A stretch of 64,000 nucleotides of DNA from Vicugna vicugna. Its lineage: Eukaryota. Location: contig MU058844.1 of assembly GCA_013265495.1 (NCBI GenBank), forward strand, positions 10,500,184 to 10,564,183, in the 5' to 3' direction. The notes under the pieces were generated by a model. It did no database searches, was not told the DNA's origin, and was given only the letters and a program-made list of their open reading frames with translations. Shown piece by piece: positions 12,751 through 25,589 of the stretch. The position numbers and the translations under genes were made by a program. Position 1 is the first letter of the stretch. Each line of letters starts with the position of its first letter.

Positions 12751-15700
12751 AGGATGCAGGCTGGCCTGGGATGCCTCCTGTCTGGTTTTGAATGAATGAA
12801 TGAATGCATGAGAATGAATTCCCTAAACCATAACATGAGAGCTTAGATGAGATGATCTCTGAGGTCTTTTTGAGTCTATGCATCTGCTAAACCACAGGTG
12901 ACCCCATGCATATTTTTCTCACATAATAAAAACTTCAGTGTTTACTGAAATCCCCTGTGTGTGTATTAATTTTTCATATTCCATGAGGGCTCCTAGCCTG
13001 ACATAGGTGGGAATCTAAAGGCATGTGACTGGACTCGAGATGCTTTCTCAAGAGAGAAGACCCCCTTAACATGGGCCTTCCACATTTCACACTCAAGAAA
13101 AGAAAAAAGAAAAACAAAAGTAGCAGCTATTTCAAATAATATCCACTCAACTTTAGCAGGTAAAAAGAGAAGGGATGTGCTCTTTTCTGTAAAGGAAAAG
13201 TGCATTTGACCCAAGACCTGAAGCTTTGCAGAGCACTCATTCAAACTGTTAAAAATATTCAGCCTTAAGAAAATGTTGACCTGATTCAGAACTGTCCAAA
13301 GACAATCATCTGGACGTTGGGCCCACTGGGTCAGAGGCTTCCTAGCTCAAACTCAGCGCAGAGGACCGTAGCCAGCTGATCAGCCCCAGATGCCGGACAA
13401 TTAGTCGAGCTATGCAGCACCACAGCTCTCCCTGCTCTTCGTGGCTGAGAGAAGGTGGACTGAGCAGGGACAGCTGCGGGCAATCACCTAGTGGACCCTT
13501 CCAGACTAGAGGTTTCCTGGGTTTCACCGGGAAGGATCTTCCTGTGCAGCTCCCCATCCAGGGGATGAGGAAGAGAGGTGATGTGTCCAAGGCAACCGGA
13601 TGACAGGGACATGCAGCCCTTAGCAGCGGCGGCAAGATTCTGAGGCATCAGCAGAGCATTGAAGTTTCTTCTCTTTTTCAAGTAAGATGGGTTTTGTGGT
13701 TCATACAAATGAGGAAGTGGTCACTTTTTTTTTTTTTTTCTGAGCATGCTCTCACAGAATTTTTGCTGTGGGTGAATTTTCCCATGATCAGGACTTCTCC
13801 ATGATAAGTTTGTAAATGTGGAAAATGTCCAACCCTGTAGTCTCTGTCCTGAGCCAGGATAGCCTGATCTTTGTGGGCTGGATTTATTCAACAAATTGGA
13901 AACATGTGCACGGGGCAGGAGGCAGCCAGTCTACCCACTCCAGTCTCCTCTAACTCAGGCAGGACTTCACCACTGGATAGGATTTTAAATGATCCACGCA
14001 CCATCTCTTCCGATTTGGAAGCTAGGCTAACTTTCCAGCTAGCTGCCTTTACAGCCAGTTTCTGCACCATTCTCTCTTAATCCTGGTCAATCTTTATGCT
14101 CTTGTATGATATGCATACCTTTCTATCTAAACCTGTTACATCGTGAACAGCTTTGCGGTCGGGCTGTGTCTTACTCATCATTTCGCACAGCGAATAGCCA
14201 TCACTAATAATCTCAGTCCGTGTCTGTGTTCTGGAGCTGAACACTGGTACTTGTCAGCTGACTTCCTAATCTCTAAGGTCAGGATCTTCTGGCGGGGAGA
14301 GGGAGGGCAGTCAGGAACCAGGCTACCAACAGAATGGTTTCACACTACCCTACCTCACTTTGATCAATTACTTACAATGTCCTTTAACCTTGACTGCTGA
14401 TACATTTTTATTTATCCTTGAGAATCAAGCTCAGTCATTGCCTCCTCTGGGAAAATTTCCCTCTGTTTTTTGGGTACTAATATGTCCTTTCAATTGTCTT
14501 GTAATTATTTCATGAATGAAAATGAATTCTTTGCATGTTTGTGAACTCTAAACTAATTGAAGGAAGGGCCTAGTTTGGAGGTTTTTCAGTGAATTGATTT
14601 AACCACACTGTAGACTAAGCCGGTAGCCGCTGTGCAGGACGATTTCGCGAGTTCAGGAAGAACTCCTCTACTGTCTCCCTCTGTGTCCTCTTGTTTGTTC
14701 TTGAGAACATAGTATGATTCAAAGCTTTGATTCCTTTTTGTTCCCTTAGCTCCTGGAGAAAGATCATCCTGGAAGCTTCTAGCAGAGGTTTATTTTAGGG
14801 CTAAGGAATTCAGATCTCTTCTGTAGAGGCTGTTTCAACAGGGAAAGAGCTTGAGAGGGAAACAGGGACGAGGTGGGGGAGGGTAGAGAGGAAGGGTTTA
14901 TCTTGGGTCACCAGAGATAAACTCTGCCTACTTTCTAATTTCACCAAGGGTTGAAGCCTTCTAGTGAGTTAGTCCAGTGAAAAATCCAGTGTAAAGTGGA
15001 GCTCAAGTTCAACTCCTTGAGGCTGGAGAAAGGACGTTGAATATTGTGTGCGTCAATGATATATTGAAACTCGTTGTGAAATGGCTTTAAAATCTTTAGA
15101 TGGTAAAGTGGTGGCAGCCTTGGAACTCTTGTGTTGAGTGTTGCCAGAAATCAGGCTATGCGCTGATGCTTTGGTGATTCCAAGTTGCAATGGATTCGAC
15201 CCTAAGAAGTGTGAAAATATTTCTGGGCTTTTCTGGAAGAGCTCGTTAACTTCTTTCTGCACCCGTTCTCCTGGACGCTGGGCCAGTTGGACATTGATTA
15301 GGTCTTGGTTTGATGTTGCTCATAACTATTGACAGCTTCGTGAAGGACCTTTTCCCCTAGGCAAGGCTTGAGGGATACCGGTTAGTGAAAAACATTCCTC
15401 TCCTTTTAAGGAAAGTCAGCACTGTCTCTCCTAGTTTCCGTGACTGCATCTCTGTGCATCTAGATATAGGAAATCACTAGCTTTTAATCGCCTCATTTCT
15501 GGGCCTGACCAGAATGAACTTGGTGTTTTGTATTTGTGATTTTTACTGACAGAGATGTCGCCACATCTACTGACAGAGATGCATTACTTAAAAGAGAATG
15601 TGGCTGAAACAGTTTCAAGCCTGCGATGGAAATAAAGGAAGTGGGAAGACGGGGAGGAGGGCAAGTACATCATTAAACATGGAGAGGCTGGGATTCAAAT

Positions 15701-16269
15701 TTAATTTTTAGAGATCACCATCGTGAATCTAAATAAGAATAAAATGCACTTCTATGTTCTGATGTTCTGCACATGTGTTTACAAACTGTAATCTCTACGC
15801 CCCGTCTCCTCAGTTTTCTCGGTGGTCACATAGGTGACGGTTGTATCTGGCGTTGCCTGCCTTCCCCATTATTCCACAGAGTGGAGCTGTAACTGCACCA
15901 GACGAAGCAACCAGAATTCCGAAGATCAAAGATGGAGCGAATGATAGTGAGAGTGACGGCAGGTGTCTGTTCATCAATTGACGGGAGCGAGGAAATAACT
16001 CATCAGGCTTAGCTTGAAGATCTCAGGGTGTTGAAATCAGACTTTAAGATCTTAATCCAGGAGAATGAAAGATGAACTACCTGTAGCGTCGGCTCATGAC
16101 AAGTCATTTCTTTACTCTGGCATATGAATCTTACCCACAGTGGTCTGAAGTATTCCTTTCAAAGAGATAAGTTGTTTGTTTCTCAAAACGATGACACCTT
16201 CCAGGTGTGCTCACTCAGGCAGGACGCTAGCATCTGGTATGTGCAAGAGAAGATGCTTTTCTTGTGGTA

Positions 16270-16975
16270 CTCACTTCGTTGGCAAATATTTATTGCTGTG
16301 TGCTCTGTGCCCAGAACTGTTCTGGTCCATGAGGAGAGAGCTGAGGACTAAACAGATGAGTTCCTGACCTTCAGGGGCTCCCATTTTAGTGGAAGGAGAC
16401 AGATAATAAAAGTCTAATCAAGAAGGAAATAAAATAGGGTCATGTGTTAGTAATTGGACTAAATTGGTCAGGGAAGAGCTCTCTGAGGAGGGACAAGAGA
16501 ATTGAGGTCTGAATGTCGGGAAGAAGGCAGCCATTTTGCAATTTAGAGGGAGGAGGGGCTGAGCTCAGCCTATTGGGTAAGAACAAGGAGGGTGGGTTGG
16601 GTTGTGATGGACGAGGGAGGAGGGAGGGTGAGGCCATGGTGAGAAGCTGGGAGTTTGCTTACACTGCAATGAGAAGTCATGGAGTGTTTTATGCAGGAAA
16701 GGGATGCGGGCTGATGTAACTAGAGGAAATTAATTTGGCTGCTCTGGAGAGGATGGACAAACGGGACAGGTGTGGTGGTGATGGACACTTGTTAGTGGGC
16801 CTAGACGAGGGTAGTTACAGGGGAGGGGGAATGGCCAGTTTAGAGATATTTATATATTGTGGTCAGAGCTATCAGGACAAGTAGAACATAAGAAAGAAGA
16901 CTCAGGTATGGCTGCTAAGTTTTTGACCTGAGCAACGAGTAAGTGGTGGTACTATTAGCTAAGGCTTCTAGTGGT
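16270..16975 (-). mobile_element. L2 LINE fragment
   Basis: 'caaatatttattg...tctgtgcccag' start and 'ttttgacctgagcaac...ggtggtactatta' internal L2 motifs. Confidence 0.7.
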
Positions 16976-17534
16976 GTTGGGGAGAGAGGGGAGTTAGACA
17001 GAGAAAGGATGCTGTACCGAGTTCTTTTCCCATTTGTGTAAAGGAATCAGTCATTTTGTGCCAGGCTGCTCTGTTGATGTTATTAGGGAGATGCATCAAT
17101 ACTTCTAGCCTATAGGGGGCACTTTTAGGAGACAGTTTCTTTCCCAGTACTCAGTGGCATACACTGTGTGGTCTGGGAGAAGCCTTAATACCAGAGACAT
17201 GCAATTTCTTTAGTCAGGTTTTTCCCCCAGACAAAAATAGTACTAAGGAAGTGAGTTGGGGCTCTCATTATCTAGGCAATAGAGGAGTAGGTTACGATTT
17301 TATTTTCAGTCAGATGGTTTGCTTATTGGCTCCAGAGGCTTTTGGAATGTTAAGTGAGTGATAACAGTTAGCCTTGAGGATAAGAAAGTAAACACAAGTA
17401 AATCCCTCACATTCTTGGGGCCAACAACCCCCACTGAAAAGGGCAACCTTATCTAAAATGCTTGATTTTGTTGGGGTATCAGAGAGAAAGAGAGAGAGAG
17501 AATATTTTTTCTTGTAAATATTTTCTGTGAATGA

Positions 17535-17537
<3 letters not shown>

Positions 17538-17566
<29 letters not shown>
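17538..17566. repeat. (TA)n microsatellite
   Basis: Visible directly. Confidence 0.95.
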
Positions 17567-17569
<3 letters not shown>

Positions 17570-18030
17570 ATATGAACATATTCACAGGAAACACTCTGTC
17601 TTCTCCCCGGTCCTCTTCCTGTGAATATGAGATAGCAGGAACATTCACAATTTTGGATTAAAACAGCTGAACAGCATCTTGTAAGAATAATGTCTCATTC
17701 TTTCATTTGTTTCTTCTTTCATTCGTTCAGACATTTGGTCAGTCAACAAGTATTTACTGTATACTAAGCCTTCTCTTAGCCCCTCTTTATACAAAGACTT
17801 ATAGTCTATTGTTCCGTACAATTAACTGTTTTATAGTTAAAATGAGTAACAGCAACATGTTTAATTTGGGTCTCAGATGGAGAATTTCGTGTCAGATTCT
17901 GAAAGAGGGGAGACCTCATAGTAAGCGGGTTACCGTGAAGGCAGTGGGGAACCACTGAAGGCTTTTACAGGTGGAGCAACTTGATCTGGCTTCGCACAAT
18001 AGAAAGATCATTTTTAGCTTGGCTTTCATC

Positions 18031-18195
18031 AAAACAGGTAAACAAGGTCCTACTGTATAGAACAGGGAACTGTATTCAATATCTTATAATAACCTGTAAT
18101 GGGAAAGACTATGAAAAAGAATATATACATGTACTGCGATCTACACCAGAAACTAACGCAACATTGTAAATAAACTATACTTCAATAAAAAGAAA
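18031..18195 (+). mobile_element. 5'-truncated artiodactyl/camelid L1 3' end
   Basis: 'aacaaggtcctactgtatagaacagggaactgtattcaatatctt...acattgtaaataaactatacttcaataaaa'. Confidence 0.85.
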
Positions 18196-18442
18196 GACCG
18201 CTATAGCAACAGTACAAAGATGAAAAGTAAATGAACAGGAGTACCCTTCACCTGCCCCTAGACCTCTGCCCTCCCTCCCAGGTCTCTCCACATATACAGG
18301 CTTGTGATTTTCCATTAATAAGTGCCTTCTGTGCCTCCTAGGAAAGACAAGAGTTATAATATGCACCTTCTTGAAGTTCTATTAGCAAATGCTTCGAGAT
18401 CAGAATAAGAAAACTGCCAAACTAGTTAATACCAGTAGCTTT

Positions 18443-18584
18443 AATTTTTATTTTATTATTTATTTTCATCGAAGTATAGTTGGTTTACAATGTTGTGTTA
18501 ATTTCTGGTGTACAACACAGTGACTCTGTTATATATATTCCTTTTCATATTCTTTTTCATTCTAGGCTATTAGAAGGTATTGAA
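18443..18584 (-). mobile_element. 5'-truncated L1 3' end with target-site duplication
   Basis: Antisense L1 3' end flanked by CAGTAGCTTT at 18433-18442 and 18585-18594. Confidence 0.85.
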
Positions 18585-20489
18585 CAGTAGCTTTTAATCT
18601 CTTCCTAATGTAATTGCTTTATTATACTGCCATCACCCGAGTCATTTTCCAATTCAAGAATATTCCTAGGAAGTATGTGGTTGACCTGTTAGTTCACCAG
18701 CCTGTTCTTTTCATTCCTCTAAGCCCTCTGTTTTGAAGTCAAGCAAATGAAGTAAGCTGGGTAGACACCATTGCTGTTGCGGCTGTGAAGACCTGTAGTA
18801 GCATTCAAGTGAGAGTTCCTCCCATGGTTTAAAGAATCTTTGCTATTAACTGGATCTATATTTTGAGGATGCTCTGTTTCGTTTTGTTTTGTCCTGTTTC
18901 CTTTTCTTCTGTTGATTCTGAAGACTTCGGTTTTCTGGAAATGGCTTAGAAGCAGCCTCGTGAATTTTCTCTCTGATGGGTTAGGTAGCTTTCTAGTGGC
19001 AGGAAATGTAGACACTATGACTCACACAGCCTCAAGCCCAGGCAGAGAAATTAAACGCAGATAAAAAAGGAGCAGGTATAAATTTCTAATTTCTGCTCCA
19101 CAGTGCTTGTGTAAGGAATGTCATCAGGAAAATAAAAGCAGGCAGGTTGTTATGGTAATCTAGCTTGTCATGCGTTTCCCCAGGAAACACTCGGTGAGGG
19201 TCTCGTTCAGTGCCCAGTGGTGCCGGCTCAGCTCCCATCCTCACGGTTACGTTGGCACAGGCTTGGGAAAGTTTGGTACACTCATTAAGAAGAAGAAGAA
19301 GAAAAAAGAATTCCTTAGAACTTTAAAGTCATTAGTGTTTTCCTCTGCTTGTTTGTTTAAAGATTCACTTATTAATTCATTCAGCAAATATAGAAAATAT
19401 ATTTCTATTGATTAATTATTGTGGAAAAGACTATGCTTTCTGGATTCATGAAAGAACAAATAAAGATACAGCTTTCAAGGATCTAAGGAGCCCACGGCAT
19501 TTTGGTTGTTCCTGTGGCATCAGGAAAGGCATCAATAGAGTTAAATCCAATATGATAACCAGCAGTGGTTTGAAACACTCATTTGAAATGTCCTGGGGCT
19601 GGAATAAATAATGAATTATTATTACAAAGTGCTAGGTCCCTGGGGAGTGTGATCTTTGGACCAGCCAGAGATGGGATGAAAGGCATTTCTGGCCACTGAA
19701 GCCTCAATAACAGCATCAGTAATAAATGCAGTCACATCTCGGCGTACACGATGGGGATAGAGCTGCCGCCTCTCCCGTATCTACTGTATTTTCCCATTTC
19801 TTAGTTACAGTGCTTTGTGTCATCTAAACCCTGCTGAGTTTTCCTCTTTGGCGCTAATGAACATTTTTTCCTCCAAAAACTGTTGACCGCTGTCCCTCCT
19901 ACAGAGTTGCTAACAAATCTTACAAGTTCAAGGCCAGGAATGACAAACCATGCGCAAGCAGAGCTGAAAAATAATGTTAGAGTCAAGTGACCATCAGTTT
20001 GTAATCTTTTTATTCTTGTTAACATACAGAATGTCCCACCGCTGCCAGCAGATTATTGGAATACTTTGGGAATAAGATCTTAGCTTTGGGAAGCTGTGAG
20101 GTGAGCTTCAATATTGAAGGGATCCGTTCAGATTTCCAGTCTAGAGAAATCTGGGGAAATCTAGAGAATTTGTTGAGACCTCACCAAGAGAGTTTTTGAG
20201 AAAGTAGATCAAAGGTAGAAGATAGGGTGGGAAGAGTACAGCTTTGAGTAACAGAGGACGTGATGGCTTGTGAAGGACAGTTCTCTTTGGGAGGCAGGTA
20301 TGATGAGTGGAAGGGGAGGGATGGTTGGGGCAGGTCTCCTTTGGTTTTTTTTGACACCTCTGCAAGGTAGGTGCTCAGACTCTTATAGTCTCTGCTATTT
20401 CCATTTACAAAAGCTGTTGAACTTGAAGTGAGGTGCGTGATTTAACTTAGAAGCCTGTGCTTCATAGACATGCTACCGTCTCAGGAAGA

Positions 20490-20695
20490 ACACAGGCTTT
20501 CCAGCCAGATCTGCTTTGGAATTCTGACGAGGCTGCTTGTTGGATGGATGTGATCTTGGTTCTTCCCTTTTCTCATCTGTACAATGCACCTTAGAAAGCC
20601 CAGGCTGTTACCGAAAGATTAAGTAACTGTATGTGAAGCACCCACTGCCACGTCAGGTACCCGGTAGCTTTTCAATAAATGGAAGCTATTATAAT
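20490..20695 (-). mobile_element. MIR SINE fragment
   Basis: 'tgtgatcttgg...tctcatctgtacaatg...tcaataaatggaagctatt'. Confidence 0.65.
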
Positions 20696-20869
20696 GACAG
20701 AGTTACAGAGAAAGGCTGAAAAATCCTAATTTTCCAAAGATACTGAAAAATACACAGATTTCCATTAAATTGTAATATTAGATGTGATCCTGGAAAAGGG
20801 GATTTGAAAACCTTCCTCACACTCCCAACAAAAGAATTTTATTTTGTTTTTCCCCTGAATACAAAATAA

Positions 20870-21390
20870 TGTTGGGTTGGTATAACAATTCAGTATATTT
20901 ACTAGTATATACAGTAAAACTGTACTTCCTCCAATTCCATGCCCTGAGCTGATCACCTGATCATGATGAACAGTTTTACTGTTCACATCTTTCTCCAGTT
21001 ACATGAAAAAAATACACATATATTCATATGCATATACATTTTTTGTAACAATGGAATTACATTGTGCACATATTTCTGCAACTTGCGTTTTTTATACAAC
21101 AGTGTATCATGGACATCTTTCTGTGATAATTCATGAATTTCTATCTAGTTTTTATTATGTACTTTTAATAGTTGTATAATATTCCCTAGTGTGAATACAT
21201 TGCTGTTTGTTCAATCAGTCTCCTGCTGTTTGACTTTTAGATCATTTAGTTTTTTTTTAACCATAACAAATGATGCTGCAATGCACAACCTTATATGTTT
21301 TATTTGTGTAGAATATAGTCTTAGAAATATGCACCTCTGAGTCAATGCATACTTGATATTGTAATAAGCTAGTTTTCAGAAGACTTTACT
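20870..21390 (-). mobile_element. Old L1ME-type 3' fragment
   Basis: 'tctgcaacttgcgtttttt...atcatggacatcttt...caatcagtctcctgctg...caaatgatgctgcaatg'. Confidence 0.6.
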
Positions 21391-23451
21391 AGGTTCAAGT
21401 TAGGATTTATTTTTACTGACTTTGAACAAACATGTATGGCTTGCATTACTGAAAAACAACCTAAAAGATATGGCCTGTTGACCAATGAATTAATGGGACA
21501 TCAAGTGAATAAGATTGGAAGTAAATGTTTATTTCTCTTGGACTCTGGAAGTTATGGGGTTGTCCTCTTCCTGGAACTGGTTTCAGTAACTCTGATCCCT
21601 TGGGAACAAAATTGCAGCTTTGGGAGCTTTGGGATTTACCAAAGAGGAATGTCCTTAGATGCTTTAAAGCAACGCTGGCGGCTCAACTTAATCATTAGTA
21701 CCTTTCCATCAGCGGTGCCAAAGAGGGGCGGGAGGTGCAGTTTGAAGTGGGATCTTTGTTCATATCCCCGAGGACACTGTCAAGACAACCAAGGCAATTT
21801 TCTCTTGTACTTTTAAGAGTGAAATCAGCTTGGAGAAAACCGGCAGGTTACTTCAGTGGGAGAGATGCAGCATGCTTAGTTATCCAACTCGTACGACTAC
21901 CACCTATTTTAACAAAATGGGATCTGAGAGTCTGTGTCATTTGCATTGTTGGGAGCCCGAGAGGAAAACTGGTTGCGCTGTAGACGAGGGATTTTTCTCT
22001 TTCTTTGCCCTCCAGGCTTCCTTATCTCCTATTTCACACACTTTCCCTGCCAAAAACCTAATCCACAACGGCACACAGAGAGCCCTCCGCCACCAGTAGC
22101 GCGAGGAAAAGCGCGGGGGCCCTTGGAACCCTCCCGGGGTGAAAAGTGCTTCTACGAACTTGTTTGTTGATTTGCCTCCGAGAAAGAGTCTTATTTTCTC
22201 TCTAGTGGCTCCAGAAGAGGAAATTAATTTCTAGTTTTGACTTCATTTTCTTCTTTATGGAAATGTTAAAGCTTTTTATCAAAAATAGTACCTGCACATA
22301 GTTTAACAGTAAAATGGTGCAAAAGAACTTGTAATGAAAAATAATTTACCCGCTCTCCCCTCCTTAGTTGTGGTCCCATTTTTAAAATCTGTTTCCTCTG
22401 AGGACTACCTCCATCTCTCTAAATAGAATTCTTGAACTGCGACATCTTTTATTTTGTTAAAAATTTAGTTCTATACGTATATATGTAATCTTCCGCTATT
22501 GTACTTGAGAATTTATTTCACTTACACTTCCTCCTTCCTTCTTTTTTCCTTCCTCCCCGTACATTTAAATCACCATTTTAAATGCTGCAGTGGGCTATCA
22601 TATGTTAAGTTGTTTTTACTCCTTGTAAGAGAAAATCAGTTCCACCTATTTTCAGCAGTAAGGATAATGTGTTTTCCCACAGTAAGATGTTCCAAGGTAG
22701 ATCAGCTATAAGGTTAATTAATTCAGATAATGCCTAAGAGAATATGAGAGCCTTCTTTATATCTTTCCCAGAAGCCCAGTGCAGGTGTTTTTCCCTCTTT
22801 GGCTGGAAGCAGCCTCCTACTCACTGCTAATGACTGACAAGGGGTGTGCCGTTGCCACGATTCCGATCAATCCTGGGTTACCAGCACATGACTCCGAAGA
22901 ATAGTGTGGACACAGGACTATAATCATACAATCTGGGCTCTGTTCACAAGTGAGAGGCGGGGGCCGGGGAGTGGAGAGCAGGGGAGGTCAGGCGCCAGTG
23001 AAGTCCCCTCTAATGATCTCAGTAGCCTTCATCTATTTATACCTTTCTTTGTTCTTCCGTAGATTCTCCGACCCCTCCCCGCGGCAATCTGCCCTCCCTT
23101 TCACTTCCTTACATTTGTCATCTGTGCTGTTGTTACAGCCTCACGTTTGCTGCCATCACATTCTGCTTGGGACGTTTTGCAGTTGTTCAAGTTTTATGCA
23201 TACATTGACCCTGTTGAAAATCAACCATTGATGTTTGGATTACCGTGGCATACAATTTTCTTTCAAAATCAAAACTCTATCTTCTATACTTACCGCTATG
23301 CCTGGTGCATCACGGGCACTTGGATTTGCTGAATGAATGAATGAATGAATGAATGTGTGAGTTATTTACAAGCGGATTCTACCTGCAATCTCAAGTCCAT
23401 TAGGGTGGAGGGAGGGTGGGAGAAGGGTGAGGAAAGAGTTGTAGGAATACA

Positions 23452-23645
23452 CCTAAATAAGGTCCTCTGGTATAGCATAGGGAACTATGTTCAGTAACTT
23501 GTAATAACCGATAATAAAACAGAATATGAGAAAAAAATGTTATATATGTAGAACTGACTCACTATGCTGTACCCCAGAAACTAACACAACATTGCAAATC
23601 ATCTATGCTTCAATTAAAAAAAAATTGAAAATTGAAAAAAAATTG
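23452..23645 (+). mobile_element. 5'-truncated L1 3' end
   Basis: 'tatagcatagggaactatgttcagtaacttgtaataacc...ccagaaactaacacaacattgcaaatc...ttcaattaaaaaaaaa'. Confidence 0.85.
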
Positions 23646-25147
23646 GGGATCCCAACCTCCTGTTGGGTCTGATATGAAGGTAGTTAAAGCTACTATAGAA
23701 ACAAAGCCTTGGGACTGGGGGAAATCTCAGCTTGCATATGTAAATTGCAATACTCTGTAATTACACTTCACCAAGAATTGGAAGAATATTTCTTCCAAAG
23801 ACAGTGATAGGGCATGTGCTACTGCTGGCTGCTGGGACTTTGTCCAGCTCTGGACTGGTGCATCCCTACACAGGGTACAAAATGATTTCCTTGGCTCAGT
23901 GCTGGAGAACGTATACCTTTCACACAGGAGAACATACAGGCTTTCAATTAGGATTCGCTTCAGCAGCCTACCTCCCTGTGATAAATGACCCATGGGGAAA
24001 GACAAATGAAGCCCGGCACTGGGCGCACGGTTCTCTGAGAATAACTCTGCTCTCCGGGGATTGTCAGTGAGAATTCCTGGTGAGGGGAAATGGATTGTGT
24101 CCCAGGGAGAGAAAAAAAACACACAGGAGCCAGTATTGCTGTGAGGACTGTGTGTGAGAGGCTCCAAGGAAGAGTCAATAACGAATGGATGGAGAGTTAG
24201 AAATGTGAAATTGTATATAGGAAATCTTTGCAGCTCTAATTAGAAGCAGAATATGGATTCAGCTCTGAAGGCAGCTCTGAAATCCTTGACACTCCATTTC
24301 ACTATTCATGCAATTCACCTGCTTTAGCATATTGGTGAGCAGAAACTCTGGTTACAATGACACTAATTAGAGTATCTGTACTTGCACCTAGTGGACCATT
24401 TCCCTGGCTTTGCATCTCAAGTAGTGAATGGAAGAGGGAATTTTAATGATGCCCTATTAAGGCAGCTAAACAGTGCAACAAATAGTTCTCAGTTCCTCAG
24501 CTGGCATTGTTAAGAAAATCATTTGTGCTAGTGGAATTCTAGTTTCTGAACAATTGAGGGTTATTGTTGGTTCTCAAAGGACCACTGATTCAGACACCTT
24601 TTCACAGATGGGCATAGGAGAAAAGGTGGAAAATGTTTCTGTGGTTTGCATGGAGAAAAGGAATAATTTTATTCCTCTCACTGACTTAGGATAATTATTT
24701 TGGAATAATTTCCTCCCACCATGGGCCAACTTAGGGTAGCTGTGAAAATTGAGTTACTGAAAAGTGGTGAGTCAGAATTCCTGCATCATTAAATGTAGTT
24801 ATCGGGTAATAACGAGGGTTCTGTTAGTGAGCAGCCACAGAAGCAGCCTGCTGGGATTTCAAACCCAAAACTCTGGACTGACCCTTGAGAGTCAGGGCTG
24901 TTGAATCTGGGTCTTGGCCCCTCCCTGAAGTGGACCTGGCTCCTGCCTGCCCTACGTCTCTCCTTCACTCTAGGGCGAGCCCGTATTAACCCCTGCATTT
25001 CTAACTCCATCCAGGGTCAGTCGTCTTGCCTTTTCTGAACCCCAGACCTGAGACTGAGGGTCGGCAGTTTGCTGGAATCTCATTGGACTTAGTGTCGGAG
25101 CAGCAGGGCTGTGGGTGAGTGGTATGATTCACCCCGATGTTGGATTC

Positions 25148-25589
25148 TTTTCTTATTTTTTTTTAATTTTATTTTTTAGTAAGTGTAGTTGATTTACAAA
25201 GTTAGATTCCGGTGTACAGCAAAACGATTCAGTTATACATACATGCATACATACATATATTTTCCTTCCAGATTCTTTTCCATTGTATGTTATTATAAGA
25301 AATTGAATCAAGTTCTCTGTGCTACACAGTAGGTCCTTATTGTTTATCTATTTTATATATAGTAATATGTGTCTGTTAATCCCAAACTCCTAATTTATCC
25401 CTCCCTGCCCTTGCCTCTTTGGTAACCATAGTTTGTTTTCTGTGTCCATGAGTCTATTTTTGGTTTGTAAATAGAACTTGTATCTTTTTTTTTCGATTCC
25501 ACATATACATGATTTCATATCATATTTGTCTTTCACTGTCTGACTTACTTCACTTAATATGATAATCTCTAGATCCATCTATGTCACTG
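25148..25589 (-). mobile_element. L1 3' end (ORF2 C-terminus, 3'UTR, poly-A)
   Basis: Reverse strand encodes MDLEIIILSEVSQ (L1 ORF2 terminus); poly-T at 25148-25180. Confidence 0.9.

Noticed and set aside
13350..13373. REST/NRSE-like motif
   Set aside because: Too many mismatches to TTCAGCACCACGGACAGCGCC.
24383..24399. Weaker CTCF-like motifs (also 2130, 17109, 22089, 52868)
   Set aside because: Each deviates at key core positions; not supportable without PWM scoring.
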